From NCBI GenBank assembly GCA_964621185.1, contig CAZULM010000029.1:987-64986 (forward strand): a stretch of 64,000 bases of DNA. Reading direction: 5' to 3'. The notes below the pieces were generated by a model. That model was given only the letters and a program-made list of their open reading frames with translations, made no database searches and was not told the DNA's origin. The DNA comes from an uncultured Saprospiraceae bacterium (GTDB lineage: Bacteria > Bacteroidota > Bacteroidia > Chitinophagales > Saprospiraceae). Made by a program: the position numbers and the translations under genes. Positions 52,887 to 62,600 of the stretch are shown here, piece by piece (position 1 is the first letter of the stretch; the number at the start of each line of letters is the position of its first letter).

Positions 52887-55800
52887 ATGAAAAACACAAA
52901 TTTCTATCTTTCAGGCGCCGTATCGTGCCGAAACACGCAAAATTCCCCGAGCTTTCCTGCGGGGGGGGGGGGCAAAGCCCCGTTTTCGTTCATTTTTCTC
53001 CTTTTTTGGGTAATGGCCTGTTTTTTCGCTGAATCGGCAGCAGGGCAGAATGGCGGGCCGGGGAGTTCCTGGACCTCCGGGGTCAATTTTGGCACCAACA
53101 GCCCCAGTGCTGAAGATACCTGGGCTTTCGATGCTGCCGAAATGCCCAATGGCGACTTGGTCATTGTGGGATACGCAGAGACAGGAGATGGCGATGTCCG
53201 GGTGCCTGCCTTTGCTGTGCTTAACAAATACGGCGAGCTTTTAACTTCTCAATACATCACTGGATATCCTGGCGTATTCAGCCAGGTTGACCTGTCTGAT
53301 GATGGGACATATTTGATTTTGGCAGGATTCCGTGGACTCCCTGACGATGACGACCCCGGAGACAGCGAATCGCCCGAGAATGCTGATGCCCTATTGACGA
53401 GGCTTAATTTTATCGGCCAGGGATACTACGTTGATTGGTCCCAACAGTATGCCGTGGGGAAAACGACGGAAGTCCCGGACGGCAACGGCGGCAACTTCCC
53501 GTTTGTCACCGGACAGGAACGCTTCACCTCGGTTGATATTACGCCCACCGGCACTGTTGTCTTGAACGGAGGGCTCAGGAAGGGCAACAGCGCCAACCCC
53601 GAATTTGGCTACCAGTTTATTTATGTGGTGACTTCAGATGGCGATTTTGTCTCTGAACGCATCTTTACCGAAACAAACGGCTTCTTGAGCGATTGCAAGG
53701 TGGTGAATATCAACGGAGTAGAATCCATAATCTTTACTGGGTTCCAGCAAATGGGGAACGGCGCCTGGAAATTCGAGATTACCGACAACACGCCAAATTC
53801 GGACAACAAGCCCTTTATAAACAGCAAGCACCCGATATGTGACCGAGACATCGTGATCGGCAAACTTGCGCTGAACGACCTCCAAAACGGATTTATTAAA
53901 TACTATAACGGCAACAGCTATCCCTACTCCAATTATGCTTATGACGACCCTCAAAATCCAGGGGCGCCGACCTACATAAACCCTCATACAGGGATATGGG
54001 ATGCGCCGGATATCGACGAATGTCCCGACAAGTTTGGGCCCTGTACCCCGGGCAAAAGTGTTCCAGGATGGGGCTTCGCAGCAGATGGCAGCAAAAGTGG
54101 ATCCCCGGCAATAGACAAATACCTCGGCATCACATCCTGCGATATAGGCAAGAGCATCGTGTACAAAGATGGTTATATCTACGTCGCAGCAGAGGTGAAT
54201 ATGCTTGAATTCTCTGGGAGCCAGTACAACAATTTACAGTTCAGCGAACCCCACCCGGGTGCGGAGATTCCCGGCAAGGGCGTGCTCCTGAAGGATCGGT
54301 GCGATGGGGACAACTGGTGGTATTCCGCCTATAAAGATGCATCCATCCATATTATCAGGGTAAAAGCCGATGGCACAGGCGGCGCTTTCGTTAAAAATGT
54401 GGCCCATTTCAGCGGCGGGGACTTCGCCCCTGCCCTGATCGTCGATCAGACCGACGGTAACCTCGTCTTGGGCGGCAACAGCGGGGATGACGGCGTTGGG
54501 GCTTGCTTCCCGGAAATGGACAACTGCCACGGAGAGGAGAACATGCTGATCAAACTTGACATAAACACGCTCGACGTGATATGGCAGCAGTCGCACCTCG
54601 CTTATGGGCACGGCAATTGTGTCTTTGGCCTGATCCAGACCGCCGACGGGGGATATGTGCTCGTAGGCAACAATGAACTGGAGGGCGACCACGAGACCTT
54701 CAACATCATCCGGTTTACTCCCGACTGCCAGGGCAAAGCCAATTTCCACCAGGATGGCGACTATCTTGTCACATCAGCCGACGAGCAATGGTCGCCCGCC
54801 AACAAGCCCAACCCTTACCGTTTCCGGGGAAATGTCATCGTCCCGAACGGTAAGAAACTCACCATTAAAGATGGCCTGGTGGTAGAGTTCGCCAGCACGA
54901 AAGCCACCCCTGACCACCGAAAATCCGGGATCACCGTGCAAGCAGGGGGCAACCTGGATGTGTTGGGGGCATCCGTCCTCAAAGGCATAGACTGTGGCGG
55001 GGAGAACATGTGGGACGGCATCACGGTGCTGGGCAACCCGAACGCGCCCGCTGGCCCGCAGCAAGGCAGGGTGTCGGTCACTGGCTTGTCCAGGATCGAG
55101 AACGCAGTGCGCGGCGTCGTGCTGGGGAATACCGCCTGGGCGACCGAAACCAGGTACCTCAACGATGGTAACACCCTCGGCACCAATATTGCCGATACCT
55201 ACATGGACAACTTAGGCATGGGCGGTGGAAGGATTTTTGCGGGGAACGCGACTTTTTACAATTGCGGCAGAGGCGTAGTGTGGGAGCCACAGCCGGCTTT
55301 TTCCAACCTCAGCACACTGATCAACGCCAAGTTTGAGTTCACTGGGGGGCTTGCCGACCCGATGTACGCGTTTATGCCCGATTGGCCCTCCAGCGGCCGA
55401 CCAACGGGCGCCGAACTGGGCTGCCGCCTGCGGTCGGTGCGCGACGTGCGGTTCATCAACTGCTCCTTTGTCGCCACGGCGCCGGTCGGCTTCTACCCGC
55501 TCCAGCGTAACCGCCCGAGCGGCATATATGCCACCGATGCCAAGTTTTCCTTCTCAGGCGGCGGGTTCCCACAACATTTCGAGAACCTGTACATCGGCAC
55601 AGAATCCGCCTCCATGCTGGCCGGCCTGGCCACCACCCTCAGCTTCAGCGGCGCGAAGATGAACAACGTGTATCAGGGCCTAAACGTAAGGGGCAATATC
55701 GCCCCAAACATCGCAGGCTGCCATTACACCAACATCCCCGAAGAAGGGCAGCTGAAAGATGGCACCCCGGTGGGGGTCTTTACCCTGAACACCCAGGGCA

Positions 55801-57038
55801 TCGCTCTAAGCGGCAACGAATTCAGCTCCGATGCCGATTACAAGTCCTTTGGCGCCATCACCCAAAATACCCTCGGCACCGGCGGCGCAAAAGTAGCGCA
55901 CAACACTTTCACCGACATGAACATCGCCAACCTCTTCGATGGCGACAACTCCGCCCTGCAGACACACTGCAATACTTATCAGGGTGATGTGGGGGATGTT
56001 TCTTGGAATGTGAAGGGGGTACTGGCGAACCAAGGGAATCCATTAAACCCATTGACTCCTAAGCCAGACAATAAATTTCTCTGGGACTGCGGTGCGCCGC
56101 TATTAGACATTAGCAACGGTAATTCACAGCCTTTTTCTTATTTTGAACGGCTAGAATCACCAAGCAATACAAGTTCAATAGTCAAATGCACGGAGAATGT
56201 GGTCGTTTTTTTTGACAACTCAGATGCTGGTGCAGCAAATTGTGTCATAGAAGACCCCTGCCCCAACCCGCCGAACTGCTACACCCTTGCCACAGCCTAT
56301 ACAAACAGTGGCCATGCATTGCCGTATCGCAACGACCTGCTCAATGCCTATGTTCGGATGCAGCCAACAGCAGTTCCCGATTCGCTTTCTCTGCCAGGGA
56401 CCACGCGAGGGATCGACTTGCTGCTGACCCGGGGCCAACAGGAAGACAAGCGTATCCTGGTGGCAACTTATACATCTTTGGGCAATTTTAGTGCCGCCCA
56501 GCAGTATCTGCAACAGGTATCAGGCGCCTCTGCCGAGACCCAGGATTTTATTGCCTATTATGCTGTGTTGGTCAATGCGGGCCTGGCTGGCCGTGACGCT
56601 TACCACCTGACATCCTCGGAATTTGCCCAATTGGCGCCCTTGATGGCCAACAGCAGCACGGTGGCAGATCAGGTAAAAGTGCTCGACCATGTTCTGAACG
56701 GCGTGTATCACCCGCTTTCCGCAGAATCGGAAAACAGCGGCCGGACTGGGAACCGGGAAGGCGATGCTTCAAGTTTGAGCCAATCCAAAAAGCTGCTCGT
56801 TTTCCCCAACCCTTTCAGTGAGGCCCTGCGTTTTGCTGCGCCGGAAGGTCTGTCCATTTCCATGCTCACGATCACGGATATTTCCGGCAAGCACCTGTAT
56901 GAGCAGCGCTTTAGAAAATCTGAATCGTTGGTCAATTGGCAGCCCAACGACGTGCCTGCTGGAATATTATTGTACCGATGCGTCCTTTCCGACGGAGAAT
57001 CAGTGCATGGAAAGCTCCTTTACACAAAAAATCAATGA
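52887..57038 (+). CDS. Large (1383 aa) secreted protein with propeller-like N-terminal repeats, beta-helix-like centre and T9SS type-A CTD
   Basis: Start at the ATG at 52887 (MKNTNFYLSG...), hydrophobic segment FSFIFLLFWVMACFFAESAAG. C-terminus LLVFPNPFSEALRF...GILLYRCV. Its stop overlaps the next start (ATGA at 57035-57038). Confidence 0.75.
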   Translation: MKNTNFYLSGAVSCRNTQNSPSFPAGGGGKAPFSFIFLLFWVMACFFAESAAGQNGGPGSSWTSGVNFGTNSPSAEDTWAFDAAEMPNGDLVIVGYAETGDGDVRVPAFAVLNKYGELLTSQYITGYPGVFSQVDLSDDGTYLILAGFRGLPDDDDPGDSESPENADALLTRLNFIGQGYYVDWSQQYAVGKTTEVPDGNGGNFPFVTGQERFTSVDITPTGTVVLNGGLRKGNSANPEFGYQFIYVVTSDGDFVSERIFTETNGFLSDCKVVNINGVESIIFTGFQQMGNGAWKFEITDNTPNSDNKPFINSKHPICDRDIVIGKLALNDLQNGFIKYYNGNSYPYSNYAYDDPQNPGAPTYINPHTGIWDAPDIDECPDKFGPCTPGKSVPGWGFAADGSKSGSPAIDKYLGITSCDIGKSIVYKDGYIYVAAEVNMLEFSGSQYNNLQFSEPHPGAEIPGKGVLLKDRCDGDNWWYSAYKDASIHIIRVKADGTGGAFVKNVAHFSGGDFAPALIVDQTDGNLVLGGNSGDDGVGACFPEMDNCHGEENMLIKLDINTLDVIWQQSHLAYGHGNCVFGLIQTADGGYVLVGNNELEGDHETFNIIRFTPDCQGKANFHQDGDYLVTSADEQWSPANKPNPYRFRGNVIVPNGKKLTIKDGLVVEFASTKATPDHRKSGITVQAGGNLDVLGASVLKGIDCGGENMWDGITVLGNPNAPAGPQQGRVSVTGLSRIENAVRGVVLGNTAWATETRYLNDGNTLGTNIADTYMDNLGMGGGRIFAGNATFYNCGRGVVWEPQPAFSNLSTLINAKFEFTGGLADPMYAFMPDWPSSGRPTGAELGCRLRSVRDVRFINCSFVATAPVGFYPLQRNRPSGIYATDAKFSFSGGGFPQHFENLYIGTESASMLAGLATTLSFSGAKMNNVYQGLNVRGNIAPNIAGCHYTNIPEEGQLKDGTPVGVFTLNTQGIALSGNEFSSDADYKSFGAITQNTLGTGGAKVAHNTFTDMNIANLFDGDNSALQTHCNTYQGDVGDVSWNVKGVLANQGNPLNPLTPKPDNKFLWDCGAPLLDISNGNSQPFSYFERLESPSNTSSIVKCTENVVVFFDNSDAGAANCVIEDPCPNPPNCYTLATAYTNSGHALPYRNDLLNAYVRMQPTAVPDSLSLPGTTRGIDLLLTRGQQEDKRILVATYTSLGNFSAAQQYLQQVSGASAETQDFIAYYAVLVNAGLAGRDAYHLTSSEFAQLAPLMANSSTVADQVKVLDHVLNGVYHPLSAESENSGRTGNREGDASSLSQSKKLLVFPNPFSEALRFAAPEGLSISMLTITDISGKHLYEQRFRKSESLVNWQPNDVPAGILLYRCVLSDGESVHGKLLYTKNQ
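52961..52972 (+). repeat. G12 homopolymer inside the 5' coding region (codons for AGGGG)
   Basis: Counted directly: c at 52960, twelve g at 52961-52972, c at 52973. Confidence 0.95.
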
Positions 57039-58594
57039 CCGTGCGGAAGATATTGGCACTGGCGCTGCTCACCCAGGTTTGGGTGGGCAGCGCCCAGGTT
57101 TATTTTAGTAAACAAATAGACTGGATGAATAATTATGAATCCTTGGGATTTATTACAACCACCAAAGACTATGGGAATTTCCTAGTATCTGGAGGTAGTT
57201 TTAGTCTAGATCCATGGTTAGAACAAGCTTTTTTTGCGAGATTTGACAATCTGGGAAATATAAAAGGAACTGGCGTAAGCCTTCCATCTGGGAGCCATTT
57301 CGGTAGTTCAAGAGATGCGATTACTTTAGATAGTACTTACAGCTTGATAATGGGTTCGTTTTATATATATTCCAATGGAATTGAAAACGCCCAAATGTTT
57401 CTCATTAAAATTAATACACTGACTGGTGACACAATCTGGACTAGACATTATGGGTTACCAGATAAGCATGACTTCGGGAAAAAATTAATAAAAACGAAAG
57501 ATAGCGGCTATGCTGTTGCAGGAAAGACTTTTTTGGCCACTAATCAACCTCCAGAGAAAATTCTTTTGTTCAAAATTGATAGCAGTTGGAATCAGGTTTT
57601 CAGAAAAGAGTATTCAACAAATCTTGCAAATGCCCATAATGGCTGGGCAATAACAGAAACCGTTGATCATGGATTCATTCTATCCTGTTCTATAGTTTAT
57701 CAAGGGCTTTGTGCAGGTTGCGCTACAGTTGATTATATGAATGATATTCTTTTGATCAAAACCGATGCTCTTGGGAATCAGCTTTGGACAAAAAGGTTGG
57801 CCCCTACGGAATGGAAACAGTATAGCTGGGGCGGATTTGATATTCAGCCTCTGCCTGACAGTACAATTATTATTTTCGGCAATAAATATTACCACATTTA
57901 CAATCAAACATTTTCCGACTACTCCCGCTATATGCTCTTTAAGTTCAACATGGATGGTACCCTTTTAGACTCAACTTCTTTTGGTGGTGGAGATGGAACA
58001 CTTATTACAACCACTATTCCTACTACAGACAAGAATTTTTTGGCGGCTGCTACAGAAAACGACTCATCATTTGTTGGCATCGGGCAGACTGGAGTACTGT
58101 TGAAAATTTCACCTTCTCTTGAATTGCTTTGGAAAAAGGAATACCGCATTAGCCCGCCGGGGGTAAAGTTTTATGAAAAATTTTTTGATGCGATTCAATT
58201 ACCGGACCAAGGATTCATTGTTTGTGGCAGCGCATATGAAGATAGCACTAAGCAAAACGGCTGGATACTCCGCGTGGACTCCCTCGGCTGCCTCGAACCC
58301 GGCTGCGACGGCAGCAGCGCCGCCCCGGAACCGCCCGGCGAAGGCCCGGGCATCGCCCTGTCGCCCAACCCCACCGGCGGGGCCTTTCGCATCGCGCTCA
58401 CCCGCCCGGGCGAGGTGCTGCTCGGGGTGCGCCTGCTCGACCTGCAAGGGAGGCTGATCAGCGACCTGCAGTACCTCCGCAGCGCCGGCTGGCGGGAATG
58501 TGAGCTCGACTTGTCGGGGCAGCCGTCGGGGGCGTACTTGGTGCAGGTGCGCACGAGGGCGGGCTGGGCGCTGCGGAAGGTGCTGAAACAATGA
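57035..58594 (+). CDS. Secreted propeller-like protein with T9SS type-A CTD (tandem paralog A)
   Basis: Signal peptide MTVRKILALALLTQVWVGSAQ. AT-rich body (about 37-40% GC). GC-rich 3' module SPNPTGGAFRIALT...GAYLVQVRT. Confidence 0.8.
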   Translation: MTVRKILALALLTQVWVGSAQVYFSKQIDWMNNYESLGFITTTKDYGNFLVSGGSFSLDPWLEQAFFARFDNLGNIKGTGVSLPSGSHFGSSRDAITLDSTYSLIMGSFYIYSNGIENAQMFLIKINTLTGDTIWTRHYGLPDKHDFGKKLIKTKDSGYAVAGKTFLATNQPPEKILLFKIDSSWNQVFRKEYSTNLANAHNGWAITETVDHGFILSCSIVYQGLCAGCATVDYMNDILLIKTDALGNQLWTKRLAPTEWKQYSWGGFDIQPLPDSTIIIFGNKYYHIYNQTFSDYSRYMLFKFNMDGTLLDSTSFGGGDGTLITTTIPTTDKNFLAAATENDSSFVGIGQTGVLLKISPSLELLWKKEYRISPPGVKFYEKFFDAIQLPDQGFIVCGSAYEDSTKQNGWILRVDSLGCLEPGCDGSSAAPEPPGEGPGIALSPNPTGGAFRIALTRPGEVLLGVRLLDLQGRLISDLQYLRSAGWRECELDLSGQPSGAYLVQVRTRAGWALRKVLKQ

Positions 58595-58620
58595 AAATAT
58601 GGGAAATATGAAAGCTCCTT
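58269..58620 (+). repeat. 352-bp block identical to 59878-60229 (CTD module plus the gene junction); 61480-61806 is the third copy with 2 substitutions
   Basis: Direct comparison of the three gene ends. About 70% GC against about 38% in the preceding gene body. Confidence 0.9.
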
Positions 58621-58634
58621 TACACCAAAAAACA

Positions 58635-60203
58635 ATGACCGTGCGATATTTCTTGGCACTGGCGCTGCTCATCCAGGTTTGGGCGGGCAGCGCCCAGGTC
58701 TATTTCAATAGGCAGATAGACTGGGAGCATCAATATGAATTTCTTTCTGGTATTGCATTAAATAATGATGGAGAGGAAACCTTTGTTGTTGGTGGCGCTG
58801 TAGATGTATTTTCAACTCAAAATTATTCTGTAATTGCCCAACTTGATTCCAATGGTGATTATTATTGGAAAGGAACTTTCTCCCCTGATTCCAACTTGTA
58901 CGGACAGACTTATCATCTTGAAACCCTTACAGGAAATTACGCATTACTATTAGGAAACTATTGGAAATTATTGCCAGATGGTACTTTTAATCTACAGATT
59001 TATTTAACAAAAATAAACACTCAAACCAATAGCGTAGCTTGGACAAAAGAATTCGGTCAGAACACTATTTCTGAGCAAGGATGGACAATTCAGAAAACCC
59101 AAGCTAATGGAGCCATAATTTGCGGGGGAAGTTTACTTGAAAACAATTCAAGCCACACAAAAATGCTCCTCCTCAAAACCGACAGCCTCGGTAACCAGCA
59201 ATTCCGCAAAGAATATACCACCGATCCCAGCATGGACCACTATGCGTATTCGCTGGTGCAAACTGCGGATGGGGGGTATCTGATATTGGGGGTGCGTGCA
59301 TATTTTGGCACATATCAGGGAGGTGTTGGCACCATCCATAAAAATGATTTGGTGCTGCTCAAAACCGACACTCAAGGCAATCAGCAATGGGTTAAAATTT
59401 ACGCTCCCTGGGAATGGAAACAGATTTTATATAATGGGTTCGATATCCAGCTGTTGGCTAATGGTGACTTTATTACTGTTGGTGCTAAAAGTTATGCTAT
59501 TTTTGAACCAAACAATACATACACAGGCAAATATTTTTTGGCAAGGTTCAACCCCCAGGGTGAGATTGTCGATTCGGTCACACTCCCCAAAAGCTACTAT
59601 TTTTTCAAAGTAAACCGCCTCAAGCCCTCCCACGACGGCAATTTCTGGGCCATCGGCGCCGAAAAAGACTCTTCCAGCACCGGCCAGACGGGCCTGATCA
59701 TGAAAATCACGCCCAACTTGGAAATCTTGTGGAAGCGCGAGTACCGGGTAAGCCCGCCGGAGTCCATGCTGCACGAAATGTTCTACGAGGGGGTGGAGAT
59801 GCCCGACCACGGCTTTGTGCTGTGCGGCGGCGCGTTCGGTCCGCTGGAGGACAGCACCAACGCCAACGGCTGGGTCATCCGCGTGGACTCCCTCGGCTGC
59901 CTCGAACCCGGCTGCGACGGCAGCAGCGCCGCCCCGGAACCGCCCGGCGAAGGCCCGGGCATCGCCCTGTCGCCCAACCCCACCGGCGGGGCCTTTCGCA
60001 TCGCGCTCACCCGCCCGGGCGAGGTGCTGCTCGGGGTGCGCCTGCTCGACCTGCAAGGGAGGCTGATCAGCGACCTGCAGTACCTCCGCAGCGCCGGCTG
60101 GCGGGAATGTGAGCTCGACTTGTCGGGGCAGCCGTCGGGGGCGTACTTGGTGCAGGTGCGCACGAGGGCGGGCTGGGCGCTGCGGAAGGTGCTGAAACAA
60201 TGA
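58635..60203 (+). CDS. Secreted propeller-like protein with T9SS type-A CTD (tandem paralog B)
   Basis: Signal peptide MTVRYFLALALLIQVWAGSAQ. The N-terminal body is divergent from paralogs A and C. The 3' module is identical. Confidence 0.8.
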   Translation: MTVRYFLALALLIQVWAGSAQVYFNRQIDWEHQYEFLSGIALNNDGEETFVVGGAVDVFSTQNYSVIAQLDSNGDYYWKGTFSPDSNLYGQTYHLETLTGNYALLLGNYWKLLPDGTFNLQIYLTKINTQTNSVAWTKEFGQNTISEQGWTIQKTQANGAIICGGSLLENNSSHTKMLLLKTDSLGNQQFRKEYTTDPSMDHYAYSLVQTADGGYLILGVRAYFGTYQGGVGTIHKNDLVLLKTDTQGNQQWVKIYAPWEWKQILYNGFDIQLLANGDFITVGAKSYAIFEPNNTYTGKYFLARFNPQGEIVDSVTLPKSYYFFKVNRLKPSHDGNFWAIGAEKDSSSTGQTGLIMKITPNLEILWKREYRVSPPESMLHEMFYEGVEMPDHGFVLCGGAFGPLEDSTNANGWVIRVDSLGCLEPGCDGSSAAPEPPGEGPGIALSPNPTGGAFRIALTRPGEVLLGVRLLDLQGRLISDLQYLRSAGWRECELDLSGQPSGAYLVQVRTRAGWALRKVLKQ

Positions 60204-60229
60204 AAATATGGGAAATATGAAAGCTCCTT
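59878..60229 (+). repeat. Second copy of the 352-bp identical block
   Basis: See the entry for 58269-58620. Confidence 0.9.
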
Positions 60230-60243
60230 CACAGCAAAAAACA

Positions 60244-61800
60244 ATGACCGTGCGAAAGGTATTGGCACTGGCGCTGCTCGCCCAGGTTTGGGTGGGCAGC
60301 GCCCAGGTTTATTTTAGCAAACAAATAGACTGGATGAATAATTATGAATCCTTGGGATTTCTTACGACCACAAGAGACTATGGGAATTTCCTAGCATCTG
60401 GAGGTAGTTTTAGTCTAGATCCATGGTTAGAACAAGCTTTTTTTGTGAGATTTGACAATCTGGGAAATATAAAAGGAACTGGCGTAAGCCTTCCATCTGG
60501 GAGCCATTTCGGAAGCGCTAGAGACGCAATCACTCTGGACAGCTTTCATAGCCTGATTGTGGGTTCATTCTATGTGTTTTCGAATGGAATTGAAAACGCT
60601 CAAGTATTTCTAATCAAGATCAATACTTTGACTGGAGACACTATTTGGACGAGACAATACGGCAAACCTGATCGGAATGAATTTGGGAGAAGCATTATTA
60701 GAACCAAAGATCAGGGATTTATTTCATTGGGGTTTTCATATTCGTCCAATAATCAGCCGCCCGAAAAAATATTGCTTATTAAAGTTGATAGCATTGGGGG
60801 TTTAGTATTTAGAAATGAGTATTCAACTAACATTTCACACAATCAAAGGGGCTGGGCGATAGTTGAAACCACTGATGGAGGTTTCTTGTTATCGTGCAAT
60901 GATAACTTCCAAGGAGTATGTTTTGGATGTTCATCAACTGGTTTTTTAGCCGATATCTTGTTATTAAAAACAGATGCCCTCGGAAATCAACAATGGTCAA
61001 AGGTTTTTCAAGCTTTAGAGTGGATGCAATACACTTGGTCAGGCTATAACTTTATTCCGATCACAGATTCAACTTTTGCTTTATTGGGCAATAAAGGCTA
61101 TCGGGCCAATGGGAATCAGAGTGGTTATTTTAATTATTTCCTGTTTATTCTAAATTCTGATGGGAATATTATTGATTCAACCTCATATAAAGGAGGGGTC
61201 GATGCCGTTCCTACAAGTTTAATAAAATTGCGAGATGGAAATTTATTGATCACGGGGTCAGAAAACGATTCACTAATGGGAAGTATAGGGCAAACAGGGG
61301 TTTTAATGAAATTAAATCAATCTCTCCAACTTCAATGGAAAAAAGAATATCATATAAGTCCACCTGGAACCCCTATTTATGATAGATTCTTTGAAGCTAT
61401 TCAAATGCCTGATTTCGGCTTTGTTGTTTGCGGAAGTTCTTATGAGGATTCCACTAAGCAAAACGGCTGGATACTCCGTGTGGACTCCCTCGGCTGCCTC
61501 GAACCCGGCTGCGACGGCAGCAGCGCCGCCCCGGAACCGCCCGGCGAAGGCCCGGGCATCGCCCTGTCGCCCAACCCCACCGGCGGGGCCTTTCGCATCG
61601 CGCTCACCCGCCCGGGCGAGGTGCTGCTCGGGGTGCGCCTGCTCGACCTGCAAGGGAGGCTGATCAGCGACCTGCAGTACCTCCGCAGCGCCGGCTGGCG
61701 GGAATGTGAGCTCGACTTGTCGGGGCAGCCGTCGGGGGCGTACTTGGTGCAGGTGCGCACGAGCGCGGGATGGGCGCTGCGGAAGGTGCTGAAACAATGA
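60244..61800 (+). CDS. Secreted propeller-like protein with T9SS type-A CTD (tandem paralog C)
   Basis: Signal peptide MTVRKVLALALLAQVWVGSAQ. The first ~270 bp are about 95% identical to paralog A, then identity decays. Same 3' module. Confidence 0.8.
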   Translation: MTVRKVLALALLAQVWVGSAQVYFSKQIDWMNNYESLGFLTTTRDYGNFLASGGSFSLDPWLEQAFFVRFDNLGNIKGTGVSLPSGSHFGSARDAITLDSFHSLIVGSFYVFSNGIENAQVFLIKINTLTGDTIWTRQYGKPDRNEFGRSIIRTKDQGFISLGFSYSSNNQPPEKILLIKVDSIGGLVFRNEYSTNISHNQRGWAIVETTDGGFLLSCNDNFQGVCFGCSSTGFLADILLLKTDALGNQQWSKVFQALEWMQYTWSGYNFIPITDSTFALLGNKGYRANGNQSGYFNYFLFILNSDGNIIDSTSYKGGVDAVPTSLIKLRDGNLLITGSENDSLMGSIGQTGVLMKLNQSLQLQWKKEYHISPPGTPIYDRFFEAIQMPDFGFVVCGSSYEDSTKQNGWILRVDSLGCLEPGCDGSSAAPEPPGEGPGIALSPNPTGGAFRIALTRPGEVLLGVRLLDLQGRLISDLQYLRSAGWRECELDLSGQPSGAYLVQVRTSAGWALRKVLKQ

Positions 61801-61806
61801 AAATAT
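61480..61806 (+). repeat. Third copy of the CTD-encoding block
   Basis: Identical to the other copies over 61480-61763. Substitutions at 61764 and 61770. Confidence 0.9.
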
Positions 61807-61809
61807 ACC

Positions 61810-61970
61810 TATTGCCGCATCCGGCGAATGACCTGTGAATTGAGGTGGCAGATTTCTTGTTCGTCAAGGCGTGAGGAGGGCGCAATGCTGCAAATTGTAA
61901 CCGACGAAAAACGCAGAAAAACAGAAAATATGGCCGTCAATTCAAAGGTCATTCGCCGGATGCGGCAATA
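61810..61970 (+). repeat. Copy 2 of the ~160-bp hairpin-forming element
   Basis: Arms tattgccgcatccggcgaatgacct / aggtcattcgccggatgcggcaata (25 bp perfect) plus an inner tgaattga / tcaattca stem. Confidence 0.8.
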
Positions 61971-62182
61971 GATTCCAGTGAACTGTAAGATTTTTTGGAT
62001 TGATCGTGGCCTTAGTGTCGCCACGGCCTCGGAGGCCCAACATTTGTATAACTCAATGCCCAAGTGGAACAGGGCCTCGAGAGGCCTAACATTGTAGCTT
62101 CTGTATGGTGGGGAATGGCCCCAAACAAAACGAGCCGCCCCTTCCCAGGAGCAGCTCGAATATTTTTTTGTGCGGTTTTGTA

Positions 62183-62344
62183 CTATTCTTCTTCGTCTTC
62201 TTCGAATTTAACCACCGGTTTAAGGCGATATTTCTCTTTTTCTGTCGGTTTGAGTTTTTTCTTTTTGTGGTCCTGAAATTGATGGTTCTGTTCGCGATCT
62301 TCCAGGCGGCGGAAGTCTTTTTTGTTCTTTTCCCAGTTTCCCAT
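62183..62344 (-). CDS. Possible small (53 aa) highly charged protein
   Basis: My own translation: MGNWEKNKKDFRRLEDREQNHQFQDHKKKKLKPTEKEKYRLKPVVKFEEDEEE*. Below the ORF-track length cut-off. No homology could be asserted. Confidence 0.3.
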   Translation of the reverse strand: MGNWEKNKKDFRRLEDREQNHQFQDHKKKKLKPTEKEKYRLKPVVKFEEDEEE

Positions 62345-62542
62345 GGCAAAAGCTTTTTGTTTTTAACACCTTTCCTTTACAGTTCTGAAAAGTTTTAGAG
62401 GCGCTTAGGTGAAGAGATGAATGTGATTGAGATTACAAAAATAAGGGATTTCAGACGTTTTCCAAACTTGGGCGAAAAAAATATACCGGGATTTGGGGGG
62501 ATTTGAAGGATTGGAAGGATGGATAGATCGTTAAAAGTCCAG

Positions 62543-62550
62543 TACTTTTG
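62543..62550 (+). promoter_or_regulatory. Candidate -7 box TACTTTTG for the peptidase gene
   Basis: 51 nt upstream of the ATG at 62601. Confidence 0.45.
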
Positions 62551-62600
62551 AGCGCTGCACAACAATCCACGCTTGCTGACACCTTCAAATTCGTTTATCC

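Noticed and set aside
62086-62349. 87-aa minus-strand ORF (MPWETGKRTKK...)
   Set aside because: The extreme K/R/N composition comes from A/T-rich DNA. The alternative 53-aa frame (62183-62344) is more protein-like. Neither is proven.
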